64,000 nucleotides of DNA from Trichosphaerium sp. ATCC 40318. Taxonomy: Eukaryota > Protista > Tubulinea. Where the stretch lies: NCBI GenBank assembly GCA_038496445.1, contig JALMLS010000520.1, positions 124,001-188,000 of the forward strand, given 5' to 3'. The stretch's first letter is position 1. Each line of letters opens with the position of its first letter. The notes beneath the pieces were generated by a model, which saw only the letters and a list, made by a program, of their open reading frames with translations, was not told where the DNA came from and did no database searches. This document shows, piece after piece, positions 13,178-26,000 of the stretch. Position numbers and translations under genes: made by a program.

Positions 13178-16100
13178 ATGGCGAAGTGCCTTATAGTACT
13201 GCTTGTACTTGTATCTCTGGTATCCCAAGTAAGTTTGTACTCTAGACTTCTATCGTAATTTTATTTCTTAGCACCTAGCGCAAACAGTAAACTCTGTACG
13301 CTTAGTTAATGCGAATACTGGTAGCGTTATAAAAACGATACAAAACGGTGACATCTTCAACACTCATACCATCGGTACAACCAGCTTGAACATAGAATCA
13401 CTAGCGTCACCTGCTGGTTCCCATACATACCTACTCGATGGCACCGTAAATAGGCTTGAAAACGTGGCACCATACTTTTTGTACGGAAACAGCGGATCGA
13501 CTGTCCTCAATTGGCCTACAGCGACATTATTTGGAAGCCATACACTTCGTGTGATTGCTCACTCTGGTTCTGGAGGAACAGGGTCACAATCGCCTCCTTT
13601 TAACAGAAATTTTCAAAGCACGTGATTTTATTTTATTTCTTTTTTCAGTATTTTTTCTACTCGGGCACATTTCTTTTGTAATAATTTTTTTTGTAGTATT
13701 GAATACAGTTGCTGGTAATGCCCCAGGTAAAACAGAAGCCGAGGCGTTCACAGGATTCTTTGACGACTCAAGTGGAAATTCTGGTACGAAACTACAGCGT
13801 TTATTTTTCTTACAATATTTAACTTCTTCGTTGGACAGGTGGTCAAGCTTGTGGCGCTAATCAAGGTGGTACAAACTTGGTAGACCTTCAAATAACGAGT
13901 GATGTGGGTGGTGGATGTAACGTTGGTTGGGTAAGTGCTGGAGAGTACTTGGACTACACAATCGACTTTGCTTCAACACAAAACTACATATTGAGTGGAA
14001 GGTTTGCAGCCAACTTGAACAACCAAAAAACAATCAGAGTACTTGTCGATGGCTCTTCAAGAGGCACAATAACTTTTACAGGAACTGGAGGTACGACATA
14101 CGGTTACGTACATCATTGACTGAATCTCTTCAGGATGGCAAAACTGGGAAACACACCAAACAAACATTGGTTCTGTTTCAGCTGGTATTCACACAGTTCG
14201 TATCGAATTTGTTTCTGGTAACCTCAACTTCAATTTCTTCAACATCAACCCTTCTTCTCCTCCACCACCTTCAACTCCACCACCACCTTCATCCAACCCT
14301 CAAATATCGACTGACGGTAGAAGATTCCATCCTGTAGTTGTACGTTTATCAAGCTGTGAGAGCAGTTTTAATTAAGCAAGAGTAATACTAACACGTCATT
14401 TAGGTGACATATACTGGTCCATCAAGAAGTGAGACTTCTTCTGCTACCTTTACAAACTTCAGATTGAACTGTGCATTCACACGAGGTTCAACAACATGGA
14501 ATATTGCTGGTTTCTTTGCTGCTGACGGTAACGCTGCTGAGACATCTGCTACTTCAGGAAATAAATGGCGTTGTATCTTTACTCCTCCGTTTGATGGTAC
14601 TTTAGATTCAATATTCCTCTTGTAGCATAAGAACTAACTCATAATTAGGCTCATACACCGTAACTGCATCTTTTAGAACTGGTACTGATGTTGCTTTGAG
14701 CTCATCAGCAACTGCTGGAAGCCCTACCTCGTTCAACGGTCTTCAATCTAGCTTCTCAATCTCAGGTCTTGGAAATGATCCAAGGTGAGCTCTTTTTTGA
14801 TACTACCTTATTTGTATCCATTTTCTTAACAATTCTTGCAGAAACAAAGGTATACTTGAGTATGTTGGTGAACATTACTTGCGATACTCCCGTACAGGTC
14901 AATATCACATAAAGGGTGGTGCTGATTCTCCGGAAAACTTTTTGGGTATGTCGCACGATAAACATTCTCATTTCAGCTTGTTCTAACGTTTTTTCTAGCA
15001 TACTTTGAGTTTGATGGTACAGCAACCAACAGACAAATATATGCTCCTCATAGCAATGATTTCAATCCTGGTGATCCAACATGGCAAGGAGGAAAAGGAC
15101 AAAATATTATTGGCACGTGACTTTTTTTTCTTTATTTGCTTTATGGCTGAGAAAAAAGTCACTTTTATTGTTTCGATAAAACTAACAGAAAAACGCGTTA
15201 GGTGCCATCAACTACTTAGCATCAAAAGGAATGAACTCCATATACATGGTGACAATGAACGCTCCTCTAGGAGATGGTAAGCATCGGTGTTTTAAAAGAA
15301 AGCCTAAGAAGCGATACTTCTTGGAATTAAAACTCGTCTAAATGATATTTCCACAGGCAAAGACGTATACCCATGGACAAATCAAAATGCCAGATTTACA
15401 TTTGATGTTAGTAAATTGGATCAATGGGATATCGTATTCACGCACATGGACACTAAAGGCAAGCGAATAAAGTCACGATGTTTGCATGAAACGAAAATCT
15501 GACTGTGTACTATTTTAGATATCATGCTTCATATCGTCACTCAAGAGACTGAAAATGATCAACAACTTGATGGAGGAGCTCTTGGACGTGAAAGAACAGT
15601 CTACTACAGAGAACTTATTGCAAGATTTGGATACCATTTAGCAATCACATGGAATCTCGGAGAAGAAAACACAAATACGAACGCTCAGAGAGCTGATTTT
15701 GTTGACTTTTTCGCTGATCTTGATGCATACAAACATCATATTGTATATCACACATTCCCTAGCCAACAAGTACGCCAACAAATACATCTAACAGAACAAA
15801 GGATTTTTTCTAATCTTTTGTTAATAGAACACTGTATTCACCCCTCTCATTGGTAACCCTAACTTCCGTGGTGCCTCTATCCAAAAGAATCCAAATCTAC
15901 AAGCTCCAGAAGTTAAAAAATGGTGGACTGAATCGGTTAGTTTTTAAGACAAGGCATTGGCTTCAAGTACTTACTAACGCCGCTTAGGAAAATGTTGGAC
16001 CTAAATGGGTTGTTTCATCTGACGAGACAGGACCTGCTAATACAGGTGTAACTGCTGATCCTCCTAATGCTAATCACATTACTCATCGTACACAAGTTAT

Positions 16101-16612
16101 GTGGGGAAATATTCTACAAGGTATGGAGCATCAAAGTACTCAACCTCGTCAGCTTCTTACTCTTTAACAGGCGGTGCTGGATGCGAGTGGTATTTCGGTA
16201 GACAAGACCAAAGTTTACAAGACTTCAGATCACGTGATTCTGTATGGGAATGGACAAAACACGCACTAGACTTTATGGCTGAGTACGTTATTCAAAAAAA
16301 AAGCAACACAACTAAAGTTACTAAATATGTCTTAGTATGCCTTTCGTAAGCATGAGACCATGTGCAAACAATCTTGGTTCTGGCTATTGTTTTGAACACA
16401 ATAGTTTCTCGATCTTGTCATTACCAACTGGAGGAACATTGAATGTTAGCAGTAGAATTGGATCAGGAACATGGGTTGTTCAATTCTATAATCCTAGAAA
16501 TGGTAATTTCAATAACGTTCAAACCATCAATGGTAACTCAATCACTGCACCAAATGGCCAAGATTGGATCGCTATTGTAAAACCTCAAGGATTCAATATC
16601 CCAACAAACTAA
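13178..16612 (+). CDS. Secreted modular carbohydrate-active protein: CBM6-like + DUF5060 + GH-like barrel + putative collagen-binding-like C-terminal domain, multi-exon
   Basis: Signal peptide MAKCLIVLLVLVSLVSQ. CBM6-like PGKTEAEAF..VGWVSAGEYLDY..TGGWQNW, then a Pro-rich linker. Conserved stretches GFFAADGNAAETSATSGNKWRC, KGGADSPENFL, GAINYLASKGMNS, YYRELIARFGYHLAITWNLGEEN, WGNILQGGAGCEWYFG and QFYNPRNG..DWIAIVK. Confidence 0.8.
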
Positions 16613-17679
16613 AGCAATAAACAATAGTTATAGACGCAAAATCAAGTTGACAATTGTTTTTTTGATTGAAGATTTAAATACTAACTATTCAATTCCACGG
16701 CAAAATAAATGAAAACAGTAATGGAGTCAAGAATATCCACTTCAACACGTGTCTTTATTGATTAGTTAAGTAAAAGTATTGTGTTAACTGGCGGCTGTTG
16801 TATGATAAGAAACAAATACCACAAAGAAAGTGTTTTCGTACCATTTCATTTTGTCGTTCCGTAGTCTGTCGTGGTGCCGTGGGTTGTTCTACGGCTTCAT
16901 TGCATCCATTCAAACGAGATTTATGTGGTGTGTGCAGTATACTTCTCGCAGTTACTAGTGAGATTCATACAACTCAACGAGATGTTGTCGTCTTAGTATA
17001 AATCACAACAGAACTTGTAGTTTATCATACTATGAGAAATTGTCCAGTGTTATTTGTCGGCACATTACTTGTAGGCAATGACATAGGACTTGTAGTTATT
17101 GAAGTGGAACAACAGGGTAAAGTTAAAAATTTCATCTTGGTTTTTTTTTCAAAGATACAATGATCCACTGCTATCCTTTGTTTTTTTATCGTCACTGTTG
17201 AATCACATACTTTTACAAGAAGATCAAAGCATATTGTCATGCTAAGAACTCAATAAGATTTTGATATCGTTTAGGACAAAGCTATTTTTTTACGTTTGAC
17301 CTTTTGAATGGCGAGATATTCCATGCCGCCACCTTCTAAGCTTAACACGTAATCTATAGTAACGTTTACAGTAACCAATATAGCATGAAATCAGTAGTCT
17401 CTATTGTAAACCTGCATAGTTCAAAGACTATGTTTACCATAAACAAAAATCTTGGAATTTTTTACGAAATACATTTCACAGAGCAAAGAGAAGTGTTTGA
17501 AAAGCTGAAATTTATACTACACTATCTTTTAACAATATTTTCTACATCAACTTCTCTATGTGATGTTTATGCGAAACAGCAATTAAAGAATAAATGTGAT
17601 TTAATTCACTTTTCAAAAATATCACAAAACTAAAACTATCCAACGTAAACAACACCTCACGAATTGAACATAACCCCCC

Positions 17680-18085
17680 ATGAAAACTACTACTCTTATT
17701 GTCTTTGTACTTGCGGCTTTAACTTTCGCCTTGGCGGTCCAATCTCATGAACTCAATGAAAGAGCTAAAAGAGCAACTGAGGTAAACCTCTTTCCTTACC
17801 ACTTAGACTTCTTTTTCACACCATTTCTTTAGCAAGGACCATTACTTTGTGGCGAAACATGTGACACAAATGGATGGTGTCCTCCTGGATGGCGTAAACG
17901 CGGTCGCGAAAAGCGTGGTCAATGTACGTGAACAATGAAAAAAAAAGTATCCGAATGTTGGTTGTACTTACTTTTCGTTTTTTCAAGGCTCAACTGCATA
18001 CTGCTACCCAGGATCTCCATTATGTTTCCGTATCAGAAGTGATAAATGGTGTTGCTGGAGTGAAGCAGCATGTGGAAGTTGCTAA
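17680..18085 (+). CDS. 96-aa secreted cysteine-rich prepropeptide with basic processing sites (3 exons; missed by the ORF track)
   Basis: Exons 17680-17781, 17833-17923 and 17988-18085 with GT-AG introns give MKTTTLIVFVLAALTFALAVQSHELNERAKR-ATEQGPLLCGETCDTNGWCPPGW-RKRGREKR-GQCSTAYCYPGSPLCFRIRSDKWCCWSEAACGSC*. Confidence 0.8.
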
Positions 18086-18433
18086 GATCCTCCCAAACCA
18101 GTGCTCGTCACCCTTTTATGATAAAAAACTTACTTGAATAAATACTTGTGTTTGTTCATCTCCTGTTGCTTGATAATAGTCTATGAGTTTTTTGTTGCTG
18201 GGTGGATCTGCCTGGTGGTTACTTTAAACACGGACGTGTATCTGTTATTAAAAAATTATAAGAACCAGGTTATCTGAAACCGCTTACGCCAAAAAGTCTC
18301 TACATGTTCCGTTTTGTTTGTATGCATTTGGAAACGCTTCGGTGACTGTTTTTGAAACACTACTATCGCGTCGCACGTGTTTTCTCATCAAAATACGCTG
18401 GTTTATTATTGCTTAAATTCCCAAACAATTACA

Positions 18434-19771
18434 CTAAGGTCCTGATGCTCTGAAGCTGTCTACATGATACACCCAGAATGCAGGTCTTCCCATATCTTTC
18501 CAAGTACTTGTACCTCTTGGAGAAACGTCTTCTTTAGAGACAATGGTAAAACTACGTACAAGTGTCATACCAAGCCATGTTTGACAAAAGAACAAAGAAA
18601 AAACAATACATAACCAAGAGTATGGTGTCTTGATGAACGAAAAAATACCAATGCATATAAATAAAGTAATCTCTGCTGCCAAAGTCTCAATGATACGCCA
18701 CTTAAGGTTCCCTTGAATAATAGTTTTGGAGATATCGTGTATTCTTAAGGCAATTTTAGCCCTAAGCCTGACACCTGCAACCAGAGTGAAAATTGACAAA
18801 AAACCAAAAATGCAACCATAGAAAGTAGTCTTGAGGAGTGTTAACGCTTGAGTTATTACTGGATCAAAGTATAGCCTTGATATGAAAATGGTTATAGTTA
18901 CCGATAGCATCATGGGTAGGTACAGTGAAATACTTATAAAATAAAGGTACTTGTAGTCTGTCAAAAAGTGCCTATGCTTTGCTGAAGAAGGTTTCATTAC
19001 AGCTGTTTCGTACCAGTATAGAGCTATAAGATACTGGGACGATATAGTGAGAGGGAATGAGAGTAAGAATAACAGCTCTTGAACCGATACTGAGAAAGCA
19101 ACAGGCGAAACAAAAACAACCAAGAAAGGAACACGTAACAAATTCCCAATAAGTTCTTGCCACATAGTAACTTGTGCTATGCTTAGAGTGGATCCACGAG
19201 CATACCTGAATACCTTGAGTTTAAATACAACATATAAAGCAGCCAAGGTATGACAAAGAATCATGAAAGCGCCCAAACTGTACGGTACAGGACCTTGAAA
19301 GAGTTGTTTCATCTTGTTTTTCTCTGGACTCAAAAAAGCAGTGACGTTTGAAAAATCCACGTGTTTATAATCGTCGTAAGAAAGAGTTACGGTAACAACT
19401 GGTAATGGATCTCTACCAATACCATACTCATATTGATATACTTCAAAAGGCTCCCTTGTTTCAACAATAGCAAGTGCACCACTTTCGATCCAGTTCTTAT
19501 ATTGTTTGAAATACCTTTTCGAAAAACGCGCCAATACAATAGTGGCTGTCTTGTTGATGTTGTATTGCTCCGCCAGTACTATTGTTGCGTTATCTATTGT
19601 ATACCCTACAACAGTCCCTAGACTCAATCCAAACGCCATTGCTTGTGATTCGTATGCTTCTGAAAGCTCTGGAGAGCCTGATAGTATAAGAACGCTTAAA
19701 GATGATGGGAAGGCGCAAAAAGCAAGGAAAATGAAAATAGTAACTCGCATTATGTTTTTTTCTTGATGCAC
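18434..19771 (-). CDS. Seven-transmembrane receptor-like protein with signal peptide and extracellular (PA-like) N-terminal domain, intronless
   Basis: 445-aa ORF. Signal peptide MRVTIFIFLAFCAFPSSLS, about 130 aa of soluble domain, then seven hydrophobic segments (e.g. SQYLIALYWYE). Confidence 0.7.
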   Translation of the reverse strand: MHQEKNIMRVTIFIFLAFCAFPSSLSVLILSGSPELSEAYESQAMAFGLSLGTVVGYTIDNATIVLAEQYNINKTATIVLARFSKRYFKQYKNWIESGALAIVETREPFEVYQYEYGIGRDPLPVVTVTLSYDDYKHVDFSNVTAFLSPEKNKMKQLFQGPVPYSLGAFMILCHTLAALYVVFKLKVFRYARGSTLSIAQVTMWQELIGNLLRVPFLVVFVSPVAFSVSVQELLFLLSFPLTISSQYLIALYWYETAVMKPSSAKHRHFLTDYKYLYFISISLYLPMMLSVTITIFISRLYFDPVITQALTLLKTTFYGCIFGFLSIFTLVAGVRLRAKIALRIHDISKTIIQGNLKWRIIETLAAEITLFICIGIFSFIKTPYSWLCIVFSLFFCQTWLGMTLVRSFTIVSKEDVSPRGTSTWKDMGRPAFWVYHVDSFRASGP

Positions 19772-20664
19772 AGTAATAGTCGCTGCCTTAAAAGCAAAAT
19801 AGACTAATTAGGTTATTTTTAAGTTTCTCCGCATGTTTTTCGGGTATTTTTGCTCAACTGTTCGCATATTGGGTAGTGAATAAGAGGAAATATTTAATGT
19901 TGAACGTACACCTTCTTGATCAGGTTCAGTGAACAGGATCAACTTTAATTAAGTGCCAAAGTGCTCTCACAACCTAAAAATATCTGCAATCGAGCAACTG
20001 GCTTTTGTACAGAAAACAAGTAGAACAAAACTTCATAGACCTTTGCAATGAATGACCTCAAGTATCTTAAATGATATTAAAGCTGAAGATGAATAAAAGA
20101 TTTGTATCAGGTGAAAGAGAAGTCATCTTACATTTTCAAATAATCAAAGCTTCAGTTTTTTATTGTTCGTATAACATGTATTCTGATTAACCATCATAGC
20201 AAAGAACCCCAGCAGTGAGATTTACAAACTTTATAATGGTTAAGAGCCGCGCACTCTAACAACAGCTATATCAGCTTAGCACCGCTGATTAGAATTGAAT
20301 CAAGGATCACAAAACGAAGAAAAACGCATGGACATTTAAAACGGGCTCAATTTAAGTTGCATTCAAAAAAAGATTGGTTTGTTCACAGTATTTCCCTAAG
20401 GAGATACTTTGCATACAATGTTATACAATTTTCATAATCCCTAGTTTGTAGAGTGTAGCAGCCAGAGCTTTTGACACTGGGTTGGTATAGATATTATCTA
20501 TGGCAAGTTTGATAGCTCATGTTAAAAGCCAGGAAACAACTGAACCAAAGTAGGATAAGCATGTCTTGTTTCAGGGATTTTATTCTACATAAAATCACGT
20601 CTGTTGCAGTGCTATACAAATTCCAAAGAGTTATTTATAATGTCTAGTTTGTATGCAAAAGTGC

Positions 20665-22868
20665 TCAGTACTGAGGCTTGTCAAAATAGGGGTTGATTCT
20701 AACTTGAGTTTCAAATTTATCCAAAAGCCCCCGGGCTTCAAGTTCTTTTAGAAACATATTATCCATTTTGGTGTATGAAAATGAAGTGCTCCTTTCTGTA
20801 ACATTTTTACAACCAGTTAGATCAATTTCATAAATACCAATTAAACCTTTTACGTCCTTGTCTGTAATATCTGTATGCTGCAAGTAAATTGTATGAACGC
20901 CTTTGAGTGCTGATGTACCAGTAACAATAGGGCATTTGGAAAGATCAACGGCGTGAACACCAGCCAAAAAAAAGAGAGTTTTACCTGTTATACTAGTACA
21001 TGAAAGATCAATTGTATGAACGCCTTTGAGTGCATGAATGCCTTTGTCTGATATTTTAGTGCCACTAAGGTAAATAGTATGAACACCTGCAAGCGCTTTC
21101 ACACCTTCATCAGTTACACACGTGCCATTCAAGTTAATATTGTGAACGCCTTTGAGTGCTTTTATACCTTCATCACTTACTTTAGTTTCGGAGAGATCAA
21201 TGATATGAACACCGCTGAGTGCAAGAATGCCTTTATCTGATATGTTAGTACCACTCAGGTTAATGGCATGAACACCAGCAAGTGCCATAACACCTTCATC
21301 TGTTACTTTAGTACTCTCTAGATTGATAGTGTGAACACCACCCAATGCCTTAATTCCTTCATCTGTTACAGAGCTGCCATACAAGTTAATGGTGTGAACT
21401 CCGTTTAAATCTTTTAAGCCTTCATCCAATAATCTATTGCAGTAACTAAGATTTATAGTGTGTACACCCTTTAGGCAGGCAACATTTGTAACACTGGTAT
21501 CGCAAAGATTAATTGTATGTACACCAGCAAGGGCTTTGATGCCTTCGTCTGATATATATCTACAATAACTAAGATCTACTGTATGTGCACCTGTTAGTTC
21601 CTGTATACCTTCATCGCTTACATTCGTTTCACTGAGGGAAATAGTGTGAACGCCTTTAAGTGCATTAACATCAGTAACTTCGATGCAACAAGTAAGATTA
21701 ATCTCATGTACACCCTTTAGATAGGCGATGCCTTGATTTGTCACTTGAGTTTCTTCAAGATAAATTGTATGTACACCAGCAAGCCCTTTGATGCCTTTAT
21801 CTGATGTATTTGTATGCGAGACATCGATAGTGTGAATACCAGAAAGATGAACTTCGTCTATTAAATCATATGGTAAGACAAGTTTTTTACATCCTGAAAA
21901 CCAACATGTCGTATTGTTGTGCTCGGCATCAACAGTTATCAGAGTGTTTGTCATTACACCTAGAGATAGATAATAAATGATCAATCTCAAACATGTGCTG
22001 TATAAGACACATAAAGCATAACCTACCTTTGTAGTGACGGATAACAATTGCGTCTTGCGGTTTGACTTTTGCAGTGACATAGCCAATGATATGATGTATT
22101 ATATCTGCGAATAATTTACATGTCTGTGCTGCACTGTACCTTGCTGTAGACGTGTATTGTAGAACCAAGCACATAGTCTCTGGTGGGAGGTCTAATAAAC
22201 ACGTTCTGGTTGCTTTTGGCCTTAACACTTGTCAGTAAGTGCAAAACGATTACTAGTTTCCGAAATTCGTAAAAAGAACGTTTCGAAAAAAAAAAAGTGG
22301 AACAAAACCTTGGTCTATCTATGCTGCGTAGGCTCCGTGAAATAGCTTGTCAACAGACCGCTTTTTGAGAGCCAGTTTAGGAACGAAAAAAACACCGCTT
22401 TTTGAGAGCTAGTTTTAGGAACGAAAAAAACACGTGAGTGGCCAGTATCATTTTTTTCGAAATTTCTGAAAACGGTTGAAAAAGCTATTTTGGCGCGAAA
22501 AAATTCGGAACACGTGAACGCAAATTCTGGCTATCTACTACAAAATACAGTATGTGGGTAAACTGTGACACGTACGGTGTTCGAAAGAGCTTTTTCGTTT
22601 GTGGTTCAGGCGCTATATTGTCTTCGCCGTTGTAGGTAGAACGGAGGAGCGCTTTAGTAAAGTTTGAAAGTACTGTGGCTAACTTGGACTTCATTTCAGC
22701 TGCCGCTGAGGCAATAACGCTATTAATCGCTATGGTGATGTCATTATCAAACATTTCGCGCTGTATTGGTGTTGCTGTAGATTTTAAGTGTTGAAAATCA
22801 GTATTATGCATTTGGAGATAGTGTTCGTATGCTGCGTGTAAATTCATTGGGAACGGAGGGTTTTCCAT
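20665..22868 (-). CDS. N-terminal helical domain + F-box + LRR protein (paralog of 6920-8445)
   Basis: First exon MENPPFPMNLHAAYEHY..PEPQTKKLF (ATG 22868). F-box exon LLDLPPETMCLVLQY..RYSAAQTCKLFADII. An intron at HYK/GVMTN matches QYKGIMNN of the paralog, followed by about 15 LRRs (LKGVHTINLS). The first-intron boundaries are less certain. Confidence 0.8.
22357..22432. repeat. ~38-bp direct tandem duplication in the probable first intron of the F-box/LRR gene
   Basis: accgctttttgagagc(c/t)agttt(t)aggaacgaaaaaaac occurs twice in succession. Confidence 0.8.
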
Positions 22869-23019
22869 TGTTGTTAAAGAAACGAAGGCTTTGAACAAAC
22901 GAAAAACCAAGACTTAACGGTTTGCGAACTTAAAATTGGGCTAATCCACTGAGAAAAAAAAACTATTCACAAACAAGTCGAGTCAAATTTGATCATTCGT
23001 TTGGTAAGAAATTTATTCG

Positions 23020-26000
23020 TTAATCACGAAGTGGTATATCTTCCATCTCTACATTAATTCCAAGCTTTTTGTACATAGAAGAAGCCTTTCTCACGACAGC
23101 ATCACTAGTAGCAACACTACTACTACCATCAGTGGGTTCATTAGGACCAATATTAGTGTTAGATCCTAGACCACCTCTCCTTCTTATCAAAAGAACAATG
23201 ACAACAGCAATAATGATAATAATAATCAGAGTACAAACCCCAATTATTGCACCAATAATAAGACCAACACTTGAAGATGTTTTAGTCCCTTTGATACCTG
23301 CGCTTGGAGGAGATATGCTAGAATCTCTTATACGCCATGAAGGCATTGCGCCAGCATTAACACCAGTAATTAAGCTAAAAAAAGATAAATCAGTTATTTG
23401 TGATGTTTGCACAGAAAATAAAGAGAATAAAGAAAGAATATTGTTGCCTGTACCTCAATGTCTGTGTTTGGTTGCTCATTATCTTTTGTGATATACTATC
23501 GAATATAGTCATTATATCTGAAGAACCCTCTTTGTTGAGCTTATTACTGTCAAGGGTTATAATTGCAGTGCTTTGTTTTTGTTGAACTGTAAAACTACTG
23601 CTAGACAAGTTGAAAAGCGTAGCCAACTCGTTCTTCATTACTTCTAAATCTAAAGCTTCTCCACCTTTCAAAAAGAAGCTTATTTCAACAACTGGAGCTC
23701 CTATAAACGAAAAAAAGTTAGATATGACGCAGAGAATATTACAAAGTACCTTGGTTTGTTATATTATCAACAGAAAAAGGCCAAGCAGCAACACTTATTT
23801 GAGACTTCCCACTAAAGTCTTGCATATTTGCTACCTGAGCAAAAAGCTCTTTTCCTTGTATATCACGCCAATTTGTTCCCATAAGTGGGTGAAGAGTGAT
23901 TACATTATCACCGCATTCAAATAACCAAGGAAGACCATTTAGTGTTCCTTGTGTTATATCAGCAATCAGACAACGATCAATAGCAGAAATAAATACTGTA
24001 CCTTTTACACGAATATCAACATTACCAATAATCTTTGACTGCTTACAGTCTAAGTTCTTATTGTATTCTACTGAAACTAGACCTCCAACTGACCAAGTAC
24101 CACCTTAGAAAAAGTAAGCTAATATCACACTATTTTTTAGAAGGGTACCTGTTGGTGGTGTTACAGCAACTGTAGAAAGAGTTGTTCTATCAATACTCAA
24201 AAACTTTCCAGATAATTTAGGGATTGCTGTACCCGCACCACAGAACTACAAATAAATCAGATGATGAGATTAATAGCAAAACAGTTTTAAAGATGATTCA
24301 CTATTGGTTTACTACTTTGAAACAGTTAGACACGTACAGCTTCAACTTTAATATCATATTTATCATCTTTGACTCCAGTTGTATCCCAAGTAAAGAACAT
24401 ATTACCTTGAAGATCCAAATTGTTTTTATTGGCAATACCTATTGACGTCCATGTTGACCCTTAAAAAACAAAGGTAAGCAGTTTGTTTGTTGAAAAAAGA
24501 ACCAAAACTCACCTGCAGTAATAGCAGATCGTCTGAAGAATCTAAGCTGAAGGGTAGTAAAGCTACTCCAATCAGCAGATCCAGCATTAGCTACAATCAA
24601 GTCCACTACAAGAACATTAGTAACCAGGAAAGTAGGATTAAATGTAACCATTTGGTGAGGGCGACTTGGCATCAACAAGTAATTCATCTTGTGTTCTCCA
24701 AACCATAGAAACACATGGCTTTTTCCATTCAACATCGAATGTGAGCTTGGACATGATTGGTTCTCTTGGTAGAGAATCTCCCTGCCAAGCTTCAAGTTCA
24801 CACTTTGTAGCGAACCACAACTCGAACTGATACTTATATATCTCTTGGAGCGATCGCTGTGCAGTGATTGTATTGATCACAGGTTTTCCTGGCTCAAGTG
24901 TAAAATCTAATGGCCAACCAACGCTTCCAGCTTGTGTTTGGCCAATATTGAGGCCGCCAAGATCCTTAGAGCCATTGAACGTCATTGTGTATGTGACTTC
25001 TACACGGTGTTATCAGGTACAACTTAAAGGATCATACTATCAGCTGTTGGACTATCATTGATTAATTCTATTCGCCAAAATGCTACAGTATCAACAGTGT
25101 CATCGTCAATATACTGGTATTGCGCTTGGCCTGGTGCAAACCTCATGACTGGTTTGTAAATACTTGCAGTGTCTACAACAAAATGTAAATCATTCGAGCA
25201 AACAAAATTGATGTGTACTTAATTCGTGAGGACAAGAAGACTCTCCTGATATGGTATTGAACACTGGTGTTCCATAAACTGGATCTAGAAGTAATATAAG
25301 TTTGAACTACACGAGAAAGAGTTTAGACTTTTGAACGCACCATATTTGACACCAACAACAAATGAATCTCCAAACTGTGGATCTCCAAGATGATAAGATA
25401 TTGCTGTAGCGTTAGACTTGGTAGAACTGGAAGAGCGTCCAAAGTCCATTGACGCTTTAAAGAACGTTTGCGACTCAAACTGCGAAATGTTAGTTACCAC
25501 TTTCTAATCACGTGTTTGACATTACCTGATTGAAATTCGTCTCAAACTTTGTTGATAAGCCAACAGAGTTTTCAACAACCATATCAAATTCAAAAGATTG
25601 AGAAGATGTACTAGGAGATAGATTAAAATAGATCAATATCTCGCAAATTTGAACCTTGAAAATACTGCTTCACTGTCAACGCCCACACCACCTGAGAATG
25701 CAACTGAAGGTTTTGAAAATGTAGCCTTTGAAACGGGTAATTAGGGAGAGTATTAAAGAGCGGTGTTTTGGTACTTACGATTTGGGCAAAGAAAGAGGTG
25801 AGATCTGATTGTAAACCTGAAAACTCAGCAATCATTGTATTCAGCAACCCTTCAATGTATGCTTTAGGATCATTTGTACCACTCAAACTTGGATTCTTCA
25901 TGACGTCAGTGATTGTATTTAGTCTTTGGAAGAAAAGAGTCAAACTTGCAGCAACAGGCACTAAAAGATGTATCATCAGCTTTTGTTTAGAAGTGAATAT

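Noticed and set aside
17833-18085. True insulin/relaxin-family homolog
   Set aside because: Cys spacing (CC-x5-C-x2-C; C-x3-C-x5-C) does not fit the insulin A/B-chain pattern; only the precursor layout is similar.
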